Shown here: one piece after another, positions 1 to 9,526 of the stretch
Layout: each line of letters opens with the position of its first letter
How positions within the stretch are numbered: position 1 is the first letter of the stretch
NCBI RefSeq assembly: GCF_006345805.1
Contig: NW_021825077.1
Location: forward strand, 1-16,574
DNA from: Octopus sinensis
Lineage: Eukaryota
Length of the DNA stretch: 16,574 bases
Reading direction: 5' to 3'
Position numbers and translations under genes: made by a program
Notes under the pieces: model-generated
Told to the model about the DNA's origin: nothing
Databases searched by the model: none
What the model saw: the letters and a program-made list of their open reading frames with translations, nothing else

Positions 1-1843
1 GTAAGATGGTTGATAATTTTATGGGTGTCTGCCAAGTCAGCTGCCAGAGTTGGAGTTTCAATGTGTCCATGCCCAGGGAAGTAGGCGTCAGAATATGGCA
101 AATGCCTGATGGAGGGTATTCTTTGGTTGCACGTCGCTGAACGGCTTCCAGTACGATTAATATCCTGGGCAAGAATGGGGTTCCAGACCGGTGATGCAAA
201 TTCCAGGTGAGGTCTTACCATAGCTATATAAAGCCGCAGATAGATAGCCGGAGAGCTCTCACAAGGACTTGGTGAGTGATGCCAAGACACCCTCAGCCTT
301 CTTGGCAATTTTAGCGATGTGTTTGTCAACGCAAATCACTGTCGACAATAACACCCAGGTCACGTTCACATGAAGACTTTTTGAGATTAGTGTTGTGGAG
401 GGAGTAAATGGACGCTGGGTTTCTCCTCCCCAAAATGCATGGTGGTACATTTGTCCACAGCCAGCTTGAGTTGCCAGTCCATGATCCACTGCTGCATTGT
501 GTCCAGTGTCTGCTTGCAATAGAGATCTATAGTGTACAGGATCTGACCTCTTTATTTCGAGGTACAGCTTGATGTCATCTGCATATTTCAGCACTGTGGC
601 ATTCTTTAAGTTGGCATCTATGTCATTAACATATGCAACAAATAAAAGGGGGCCAAGAACAGATCCCTGTGGTACATCAGATGTCATCTCATAGCGTAAA
701 GAATACTGTCCTAGAACTGTGACAACCTCTTTTCGGCCAAAAATAAAGGACTTCAACCAGTTATGGAGTTCGTCTCTTACGTCCAATGCAGAGAGTTTCA
801 CCATAAGTCTTTTGTGTGGCACAGAGTTAAAAGCCTTAGCAAAGTCCAGGTAAACAACATCCACCCAGGATCCGCGATCAGTGATTTGGGTAATGTCCTC
901 AAGAAACTCGATGAGTTGATTACAGCAGCTGGAGTTAGGAAAAAATCCAAATTGTGACGACTGGATGAGGCAGTGAGACTTCCAGAAGTTCCAGAAGGTT
1001 TCCCTGATACAGGATTCCATCAGTTTGGCGATGCAGCTAGTAAGACTAATGGGGCAATAGTTGACAGGCGATGTGCGGTCACCTTTTTTGAACAGAGGGA
1101 TAACACTGGCAGTTTTCCACTGCTCTGGAGTAACACCATTGTCAAGACAGAATTGGAAGAATAGAGAAATGTGGCTTAGAAGAAAGTACCCACCGCGTTT
1201 GAGAAGTAGGTATGTAACACCATCGAGATCAGGAGAGGCATAGTTGCGTTTGTTCTTAAAGTGGCGTTGTAGCATTGCTGGTGTAAATTGCATAGTAGAT
1301 ATAGAGTCCGGTGTCAGTGGTGATGAAGGTGGAACATTTTGGTCTTCGACAGTAAAGATGCCGGCATAGCATCCAGCAATGATTTCTGCACATTCTTTGG
1401 GATTGACAGTAATCTGTCCTGTGTGGGGATTGCGAAGGGGACCAACTGGAGAGTGAGGTCCCTGCTTTGAGTGCACATACTTCCAGAACACTTTGCTGTC
1501 AGGGTTGGTTGCAATGCGTTGTTCAAATTCAAGCACTGCCTTTTTTGTCACCTGTTTGAGGTAGTTGGCTGACCTGTTGCGCTTTTTCCAGTTGATCTCT
1601 GATTTGTGCATTTTGTATTCCTGTTCAGCATTACGGTATCCTTTGCTGGCAAGTCGGACTGCTGCAGTCTCCCAAGTTGCACTATTGGGTGGTTTTTTGT
1701 GCTTGCGTGGTACTGATGCTGCACATGCCGCCCATATTGAATTCAGAATGTTCTGGAGTATAGTGTCCACATCTCCAGAGGCATAAAATTCATTGGGGCT
1801 ATGGGATATGTAGCACACTGCCTAAATGCCAGTCTTGAGAAAT
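1..1843 (-). mobile_element. CR1/L2-group non-LTR retrotransposon (LINE), 5'-truncated, runs off the left edge of the window
   Basis: The minus strand encodes RT motifs (PLFKKGDRTSPVNYCPISLTSC, VYLDFAKAFNSVPH, VPQGSVLGPLLF, YADD). The 1-258 segment gives the typical CR1/L2 C-terminal region RLYIAMVRPHLEFASPVWNP...LEAVQRRATK. There is no APE endonuclease domain; the element ends at the (TACA)n tract. Confidence 0.93.
259..1818 (-). pseudogene. LINE ORF2 reverse transcriptase remnant (519-aa open frame, frameshifted near 507)
   Basis: The frame is open through YADD. One extra base at about 507 shifts it; the true frame continues LDTMQQWIMDWQLKLAVDKCTTMHFG. An in-frame TAG lies just upstream at 1822-1824. 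Consensus residues have decayed (NYC for NYR, AFN for AFD, SDVPQG for SGVPQG). Confidence 0.9.
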
Positions 1844-1846
1844 GTA

Positions 1847-1906
1847 TACATACATACATACATACATACATACATACATACATACATACATACATACATA
1901 CATACA
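1847..1906. repeat. (TACA)n microsatellite
   Basis: About 15 perfect TACA units separating two LINE fragments. Confidence 0.97.
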
Positions 1907-2532
1907 CAAGCAGCTATTGTATGGTGACTGGAATATAGCAGGAGACCAGCGCATAAGCCTAAACTAAGGTTTAAGGATTGCCTTAAAAATGCTCTGATAC
2001 AGACAGGAACTACAGCTGGTAATTGGGAGAGGGAGGCACAAGATCATGATGGATGGAGGAAGAGAGGGCATGATGGTTGTTTAAGGTTTGAGAGGGAGAG
2101 AGTGAATTATGAGAGTTAGGAGGGGGCTTAGAAGGGGAGGAACCTGTGGAAAGTGAGAGAGTGTTGCTTTTTATGTGTGTGGTTTGTGGGAGGAAGTGTT
2201 TGAGTCGTGCAGGCCTGGTGAGCCATCAAAATTCTCAGAGAAATCGACCCCTGATAAACAATGATGTCGCTATTAAAATTCATAACAGAACGTGTGCAAA
2301 ATGTGGAAGGGTGTGCCTCTCAGTTGGAGCTCTAAAAAGACATGTTAAGAGAGTGCATATGGTGGCACCTGTTTCTCCTGCCAGCCAGCACTGTTGTCTT
2401 GTATGTAATAAAATGTGTAAAAGCTTGGCTGGGTTTAAAAGTCATATAAGGGCATCACATGGAAACAATCATGAATCATTTCAGTAAGTCTTCTTGCAAT
2501 GGCTTTTCTTGTGTAACGAGGATGCAGCTGTG
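1907..2532 (+). mobile_element. RTE-clade LINE 3' end (5'-truncated)
   Basis: After a 1-bp shift it translates as KQLLYG-ELEYSRRPAHKPKLRFKDCLKNAL...NWEREAQDHDGWRK...FERER. This matches the RTE/BovB-type C-terminal pattern KQLLYGEL..G.R..G.PK.RFKD.LK..L...WE..A.DR..WR. Zinc fingers, a stop at 2487 and a short 3' UTR follow, ending in (TA)n. Confidence 0.85.
2146..2487 (+). pseudogene. C-terminal triple C2H2 zinc-finger segment of the RTE ORF
   Basis: Three CX2CX12H fingers: 2176-2238 (last His replaced by Gln), 2293-2358 (CX2CX12HX4H) and 2395-2460 (CX2CX12HX4H). Confidence 0.85.
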
Positions 2533-2599
2533 ATATATATTATATATATATATATATAATATATATATAATATATATATCTATATATATATCATACATA

Positions 2600-2639
<40 letters not shown>

Positions 2640-2662
2640 CATACATATATTCTGTATATGTA

Positions 2663-2700
<38 letters not shown>

Positions 2701-2717
2701 GATATATTATATATATA

Positions 2718-2765
<48 letters not shown>

Positions 2766-2803
2766 TATATATACATCCATACATACATACATATTATGTA
2801 TAT
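2533..2803. repeat. Compound (TA)n/(TACA)n microsatellite
   Basis: Visible dinucleotide and tetranucleotide runs. Confidence 0.97.
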
Positions 2804-4327
2804 GGATATATACCAGAAGACCTTCTATCCAGTCTGTTGTCCCAGTTTTCAAAAAAGGAAACAAATCGCTTGCCGTGAATTACCGTCCAATCTCACTCAC
2901 CTCTCATATCATAAGGTATTTGAGAGGGTGCTGAGATCGCGTATGACTCACTTCCTTGAGAGTCATAATATGCTGAACCCCAACCAGCCGGGATTCCGTA
3001 AGGGAGAGATTGCCTGACGCAGCTACTGCATCATTTTGATGACATTTTGAGAGGCTTGGAGAAGGTTCCAACACTGCTGATGTCATCTACCTTGATTTCA
3101 GCAAGGCTTTGACAGGGTTGATCATAAGATCCTTCTGAGAAAGCTGTCCAATATTGGTGTCACTGGAAAGCTGCTGCAATGGATCAAGTGCTTCCTCTCT
3201 AACAAACCCAACATGTTGTAGTCGAAGGAGTCAAATCCAGCCCAGCCAAAGTCAGCAGTGGTGTCCCACAAGGCACTGTGTTAGGCCCACTTCTCTTCAT
3301 CATCTACATAATGATATACTGACACACCATCAAACACAGCAACATCAGAACCTTCGCTGATGATTCCAAGCTCCGAAGGTCATCAGTGGCGTGGATGACC
3401 GAATAAACCTTCAGTCAGACCTACTGGCTGTTTTGTCCAATGGGCGGAAAAGAATAACATGTTGCTAAATGAAGACAAATTCGAACTGATCCACTTTGGA
3501 AGGGAGACGCTCTGAAACTCACTCCCATACTCTCTCTTTCTCTGGAGAAATTCTCATGGCATCCAACAACATCAGAGACCTGGGAGTAACAGTGGACAAC
3601 AACATAAGCTGGGCTACACATATAAGCAGCAAAGTTGACATGGCCCGCAGAATGTGTTCCTGGATTCTCAGAACTTCCAGTCGAGAGATTCCCACGCTAT
3701 TATCCTTCTCTTCTCCACTTTTGCCCGACCCCACCTTTGAAATACTGCTGTCCACTGTGGTCTCCCTCACAAAACAAATAATATGAGAATTGAAGCTCCC
3801 CAAAGGTCAATCACAAAAAAGATAGATGGCATGTCAGACCTTGACTACTGGGGTAGACTAGAGAAGCTGAAATTGTATTCACTCCAACGACGCCGTGAAC
3901 GCTACATTATCTGTATGATGTGGAAATATTCCATCAGCACTGTCCGAATGATGTTGGCATCACCTTCAAAATGCATCCAAGGCTTGGACCACATGCCATC
4001 CGTCCACAACAAAAATCTAAATCGCATCACATAACGACAATACGGCACAACTATTTCACCTCAATTGGACCCGCTCTCTTCAACATTACACCAGGACACG
4101 TCAAAAAGAAACTGACCACACAAAATTCAAGAAGTCTTTGTCCCAATTCCTTCAAACAGTACCGGACAAACACCCACACCCCGGATATGTCTCCGCAAAC
4201 AATAACTCTCTGCTCGAATGGGCCTTGGTGCCCAAATCCTGAACTGAAAGACTCGCCAGGTGGTGCTATTAGTTAGACATGGCCTGGGCCAATACTGGCC
4301 AAAACCTTTCTAAGTTATTCTAAGTTA
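2804..4327 (+). mobile_element. Second CR1/L2-group LINE (different family), 5'-truncated, multiply frameshifted, with 3' terminus
   Basis: Stitched frames give [53 protein letters not shown] (3260-3298), FADD (3353-3364) and IEAPQRSITKKIDGMSDLDYWGRLEKLKLYSLQRRRERY. It ends with a GGCCA-ATAC-TGGCC stem-loop (4287-4300) and a tandem TTCTAAGTTA x2 tail (4308-4327). Confidence 0.92.
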
Positions 4328-4401
4328 TATATATACATACATACATACATATATATATGCGTGTGTGTGTTGTATTTATATGTATATATATGTATATATA
4401 T

Positions 4402-4446
<45 letters not shown>

Positions 4447-4513
4447 ATATATATATATGTATATATATGTATATGTTTGGTTGTATGTATGCATATGTAT
4501 ATATATATATATA
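4328..4513. repeat. Compound (TA)n/(TACA)n/(TG)n microsatellite
   Basis: Visible runs. Confidence 0.95.
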
Positions 4514-4833
4514 TGGAAAAATGGGTCTCTGTGGTTGTGTTAGTCCTCAATCTTGGAGGAATTCGCTATCAAACGCTGCCGAGAAATTTGTAAAGCGGAA
4601 ACCACAGTGGAAGAATAGAAATAAACCTATATGTGTGTGGTCGTATGTATGTAAGTATGTATGTATACTAAAGTGTTATCTATCTTATGAGAGACGGCTA
4701 ACTTTGGAAATTGATGTGACCTCCATGGGTTATATCAGGAAACTTGAACCTATGTTAAAGGTACGCGTGTCTATGCCGTGCTCTCCCACATACATATGTG
4801 CCAGTATACACACACACCACATACAATATGCAA

Positions 4834-4846
4834 ATATATATATATA

Positions 4847-4916
<70 letters not shown>

Positions 4917-4939
4917 ATATATATACAATATATATATAT
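4834..4939. repeat. (TA)n microsatellite
   Basis: Long TA run. Confidence 0.97.
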
Positions 4940-6017
4940 GTGTTATATTTCGGGACGGTCACTTTTTTTTGCCAAATAAACACAAGCCCTGTATATTTGT
5001 TCTTCACTTCATCATTATAATTATTCTTATCTAAGTGTTCTTTGTCAGAAATCTTTTGCTACACATCCAATGACCTCAACAACAACAACCAAGAAGCAAG
5101 CGAGCAAGCAACTGAAACGGGAGCTCCAAGCCTGAAGAGTGACTGTTAAAAATTAACTGAATAGAAACTTAATTAAAATCGTAACCTGATGAAGGCAGCT
5201 TTTATTTTAGCACACGATTACAAGGAAAGAAGACCGGGAACAATATTTATTGGCCTTGGAATCACGTGTAACGACTGCTGAAGTGTAAGATCGATTATGG
5301 AATGGCTGAGTTTGGTAGTGGCCATTGACGAAAAGTCAAAAGTCACTTCGTCTCTGCACACCAACAGACCATTGTTTTCGAATGTCATAAGCTTCTCTTT
5401 TTGTTTTTTGTTATTTTTTTTGGGGGTTTTTTCATTGCCAGTGCATCAGATTAAATGTAAATACACCATTAGAAGGCATGGTACAGTGGAATTGTCTGAG
5501 ATAAAATCTCTTCAGAGTCTTGGAGTCAAAAAACACGCTGTATAGCGGAGCGAAATGAACATCGTTGTTGAAGCAGTGAATCGGGAGAACCTCCGTCACG
5601 TTTTGCTCGTCTTGAGATTTATCAACACCGTGCATTTGATTGTTACCTGCTTAAACGAAAATTGTGCCTCGATAATTAGAACATTGCTTAAAACATTCAC
5701 CTGTATTGTAGAAGCTTTTCGAGCTGTAGGAAAAAAAATTCGGCGAACGCAACTGAAACGGCATCGCCATTTGTATATCATCCTCAATGAGTCCACATCT
5801 TTCGAAGGCAGGATGCTGTGGAACTAGCTGTTTTTTTTTTTACCGTTGCAGAGTCTCCGGTTATCTTGGACTCCAGCTTATTTTCTTAAGCGATAAATAC
5901 TTTATTTATCAATGAACGAGACTCAGAGTCAGGGAATTAAACCAACATCTTTTAAGCAATATTCTCATAGCATTGCAGCGCCATCTTCGTCTTCTGTTCT
6001 AATTCCATCCACTTGAT

Positions 6018-6140
6018 TGGTGCTTCACTCGACCGACCTTAGTCTCTTGGTTGACCTCAGTGGTATTAGAACTCATAACGTGCAGGATAGTAACTCAACA
6101 AGCGCATGCCCGGCCTCCTTAACCATTCTGCCAATCCGCC
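6018..6140 (-). mobile_element. Diverged tRNA-derived SINE head (related to the 9288 family)
   Basis: The minus strand reads GGCGGATTGGCAGAATGGTTAAG (A box, 6123-6133) ... GAGTTCTAATACCACTGAGGTCAAC (B box, 6062-6074). This is colinear with the copy at 9288-9380. Confidence 0.7.
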
Positions 6141-6152
6141 AACCATCTTTTC

Positions 6153-6350
6153 TCTTTATATCCTTTACTCGTTTCAATCATTAGACTTCGGCCAAGCTGG
6201 GGCACTGCGTGAAAGGTTTTTAAGTTGGACGAATCGATCGCAGGACTTACTTTTTAAAGCTTGGTACACAATCAATAGGCTTCTTTTGCCGAATCGCTAA
6301 ATCACGGAGACGTAAACACGCCAACACCGGTTGCCATGCGGTGGTGGGTA
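6153..6350 (-). mobile_element. Diverged 3' half of tRNA-derived SINE (family of 14002-14405)
   Basis: The reverse complement aligns by eye with 14235-14405 (caaccggtgttggcgtgtttacg...ggcaaaag...aatgattgaaacgagtaaagg). It abuts the internal CA/TG tract as in the full copy. Confidence 0.75.
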
Positions 6351-6354
6351 ACGA

Positions 6355-6398
6355 ACACACACACATACACATACACACATACACACACACACACAAAC
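6355..6398. repeat. (CA)n microsatellite
   Basis: Visible run. Confidence 0.95.
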
Positions 6399-7071
6399 AT
6401 GTATATCCAGTAGACTTCTGATCAAAGATATTCCACCCATGACCATCTAGAACAAGATCATATGAACCTGTCCATAGTTGTTTTTAGGCAGAAGGATGTA
6501 ATTTGATGGAAATGGGGTTGCTATTTCTAGCAGGGGGTGAGGTCATATTGAGCATCCCTCATTAACTCGTCATTTTTTTATTAGTTTCAAAACGGTGGGC
6601 GGGAGGTGGGGGTGGGGGGTTGAAATAATGTTTAACCTTAAAAAGATGGATTTAAACATAAAAACCGATGTTAAAACATGAAAAATGTAAAATGTAAAAT
6701 AATTTTTAAAACGACTGATATTCATAAACTTATCACTGAGATAATATCGATTATCGATTAAGATGATTAAAATTTGAAATTCTTGTCAGCATGAATTGAA
6801 AGGTGACGGTCTCTGGATCTTTGTTTCACAGGAAAATAAAGTACGAAAATAAACAAAAGAACAAAAGCAGCAAAAAACTGAAACAATTTAAATAAAAGGG
6901 GATGGGGTACGTTTAATACTAATTAAATTTTGGTATCGATTAATCAAAAAGCATGAAAATCGAAAGGTATTTCTATATTAGAAGAAAAATTTTCACCTAG
7001 GAGGAGGGAGAGGAGGAGGAAACAGTAAGATTATAGAGGGGCATAAAGCAAATGTAGGATAAAGGGGTGCT

Positions 7072-7073
<2 letters not shown>

Positions 7074-7123
<50 letters not shown>
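7074..7123. repeat. (GA)n microsatellite
   Basis: About 25 perfect GA units. Confidence 0.97.
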
Positions 7124-7125
<2 letters not shown>

Positions 7126-7156
7126 ACTTTCTTTTAGGGAACACACACACAGCGAT

Positions 7157-7165
7157 ATAATAATA

Positions 7166-7211
<46 letters not shown>

Positions 7212-7212
7212 G
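7157..7212. repeat. (TAA)n microsatellite
   Basis: Visible trinucleotide run. Confidence 0.95.
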
Positions 7213-8049
7213 AATAAAGTAGTCAAAGGGAGTCGTGAATAATCCGACAAGCAATTAAGCGAACATGTCAAAGTTTGGTGGCAGACGACAACTGCAGGCC
7301 GACATTTTATCAGTGACGAGGGCAAATAAAGAATCAAAAGAAGAAGGTTTATAAAGTGTCACACCAATGTGTGTGTGTGCGTGCGTGCGTGCGTGTGTGT
7401 ATGTCATACATACGTGCATACATTCATACAAACATATATATATGTAGGCATTTATGTATGTATGTACACAGAGAAAAATGGACGAAGCTGAGTATATACA
7501 AACACATATGTTTGTAGGGAGTGACAGTAAGCATTTTCTCACTTTTTTGTTTCACTTTTTTTTTCCAAAATGTTTTTTGTTCTCCGTTCTCGCGAGATCA
7601 AATTTCAGTCGAAATATTATGTTGAATTTCTTTTTAATTTCTGTCCAAACTGGTAACTTGTCATACGGGTTTATAAAACCATCTACCTGGTACATGTTTC
7701 TATTAGATTTCAGACGGAAAATTGAAAGCACCAATCTTAAGAATGTGTGAGGGTTTATTTGGTACAATTACTTTATGGAGGCGACCGAAGAAAACCACGA
7801 GCTCAGCCAACAGAAAATGATCATTTGATTTCAACATGGAATAAATGATATTTGTACACTTCCTTTTCTGTTTGTTTTATATTTGTAGCCTTTTAATGAT
7901 CGCTTTTATTCAATAGAACCACAGCAGCATTGTGTTAAAGGGGCAAATATATCTTAAGGGGGAAGCCAGAAATCTTTCGTTTTTCTGTTTTTTTAAAAAT
8001 CTTTTCTAATAAAGATTCTCGAGTTAAAAATGTAAATGTTACAAACTTA

Positions 8050-8057
8050 TCTCTCTC

Positions 8058-8127
<70 letters not shown>

Positions 8128-8185
8128 TCTCTAACACACAACACACATATATATACAGAGACATGCATATGTATATAATATATAT

Positions 8186-8226
<41 letters not shown>
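8050..8226. repeat. (CT)n followed by (CA)/(TA)n microsatellites
   Basis: CT run at 8050-8132 and TA run at 8167-8226. Confidence 0.95.
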
Positions 8227-8227
<1 letters not shown>

Positions 8228-8585
8228 GGGGTTGGCCAAAAAGCCTGTTCGGTTCTGTCTACACTAAACTTCAAGCACTCAAATAAGTACTTAACTTGAT
8301 CCTGCCCCTTGTGCATGCGCACTCGTTATATATTCAAGCCTAGTTCGACGCGAACTTGCGACGAGACAGATTGTATTTTGTGTGTTTGGAATTGCACTGA
8401 AAAAAATAAACAAAAAAACCAACATTTTCGATGTCTCGTGCGGTTTTTTGTTTGTTTGTTTTCAAAGCAATAAAAGCGGTGGAAACTCGGAGGAAGTTAT
8501 GTGATGTGTACTGAGGGGATGCTGATGAGGAACGTGTGTGCCAGAAATGGTTTTCGATATTTCGATCGGAAAATTTGGGGTTTCA
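8227..8585 (+). mobile_element. Mariner 5' relic (left TIR plus decayed transposase N-terminus)
   Basis: TA followed by TGGGGTTGGCCAAAAAGCCTGTTCGG resembles a mariner TIR and the TIR at 10279. Positions 8420-8575 translate as QHFRCLV...KAIKAVETRRKLCDVY*GDADEERVCQKWFSIFRSENL, homologous to the N-terminal HTH region of the 10433 transposase. No right TIR was found. Confidence 0.75.
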
Positions 8586-9118
8586 AATTTTTTTTTGTTA
8601 TATAATTGTTGTGTGGACTCAAGAATCGTTCTTTCGAAAACATCTAGAATTTCAATCAGAAAAGGTTGACCACATCCATACAACTATTCTTTAATGAACA
8701 CAAAAGACCAATTATAATTTTTACTGAAGAAAGTCAAAAAACAACATCTAGTTTTTCAGTTAAAACTTTGACCAATTCAAATACAAAAATTCTTTTTCCT
8801 TTCTCTTCTTTTCCTCCCTCACCTTAAAAGGCCACTAAGTACTAAACAAACAAGTCTGACCATACAAAAGCCACGCCTCTTTACCTCCCCCTCCTTATCA
8901 AAAACATTTTTCTTCTTTCTTCTTTCTTGCTTGGCAAACCCCAGAAAATTCTTTATAAAAAGGCCAAGAAATCTAAATTTGAACCATTTTTTGATAAATC
9001 TGATAACGGAAGAAAGCGCTAAAAAATGTAAATAAGATGTAAAAATGTAAAAAACATTATATATATATATAATCATCCAACATTCTGGCTATCTTATTAT
9101 TCTCTCTCTCTCTATGTG

Positions 9119-9150
<32 letters not shown>

Positions 9151-9287
9151 CCAAATCCATTCACAAGGCTTTGGTCGGCCCGAGGCTATAGTAGAAGACA
9201 CTTGCCCAAGGTGCCACGCAGTGGGACTGAACTCGGAACCATGTGGTTGGTAAGGAAACTACTTACCATACAGCCACTCCTGCGTCT
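9151..9287 (-). mobile_element. tRNA-derived SINE, 5' part only (family of 14002-14405)
   Basis: The reverse complement is roughly 89% identical by eye to 14002-14138. It carries A/B boxes and the CCTTGGGCAAGTGTCTT core-like motif, and is cut off by a (TA)n run at 9150. Confidence 0.92.
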
Positions 9288-9515
9288 GGCGAGCTGGCAG
9301 AAAGGTTAGCGCGCCGGGCGAAATGCTTAGCGGTATTTCGTCTGTCATTACGTTCTGAGTTCAAATTCCGCCGAGGTCGACTTTGCCTTTCATCTTTTCG
9401 GGGTCGATAAATTAAGTACCAGTTTCGCACTGGGGTTGATGTAATCGACTTAATCCGTTTGTCTGTCCTTGTTTGTCCCCTCTATGTTTAGCCCTTTGTG
9501 GACAGTAAAGAAATA
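9288..9515 (+). mobile_element. tRNA-derived SINE, second family, near full length
   Basis: A box TGGCAGAAAGG (9295-9305), B box GAGTTCAAATTCC (9357-9369), central GCCTTTCATCTTTTCGGGGTCGATAAATTAAGTACC (Deu/Nin-domain-like, from memory) and an A-rich end. A second copy lies at 15067-15239. Confidence 0.92.
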
Positions 9516-9526
9516 TGTATATATGT

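Noticed and set aside
763-1786. Short plus-strand and alternate-frame ORFs overlapping the first LINE
   Set aside because: Antisense or shadow frames of the RT ORF.
2591-5034. ORFs rich in YI/IY repeats (2591, 4320, 4467, 4730, 4771, 4778, 4798) and similar ones at 6997, 7134, 7935, 8131, 11970, 13809-14280
   Set aside because: They are translations of TA, TACA, TAA and GA microsatellites with no protein signal.
5297-5827. Overlapping ORFs (82, 67, 90, 66 aa) with splice-like signals (ttcattgccag at about 5441 on plus; ttcctacag and ttaagcag on minus)
   Set aside because: No recognisable domain and no consistent acceptor-donor pair with an open frame. ILNESTS resembles the hAT LDESTD motif only superficially. 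It cannot be excluded as a UTR or lineage-specific exon without RNA-seq.
6403-6565. Segment resembling a common octopus interspersed repeat (gatgtaatttga...gctatttctagcagg)
   Set aside because: Recognised only from memory; no second copy, boxes or termini in the window to support it.
7698-7750. Possible small exon after tttctattagatttcag with a gtgagg donor
   Set aside because: The peptide is uninformative and there are no partner exons; such signals arise by chance in AT-rich DNA.
8521-8775. CTGATGA at 8522 and CTGAAGA at 8724 as hammerhead cores
   Set aside because: The first lies in mariner coding remnant without paired stems. The second has an AAAGT/ACTTT stem but no GAAA box or stems I and III.
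9288-9370. tRNA gene calls for SINE heads (also 14002-14070 and 6062-6140)
   Set aside because: A and B boxes are present, but no full cloverleaf or acceptor stem forms and each continues into SINE body sequence.
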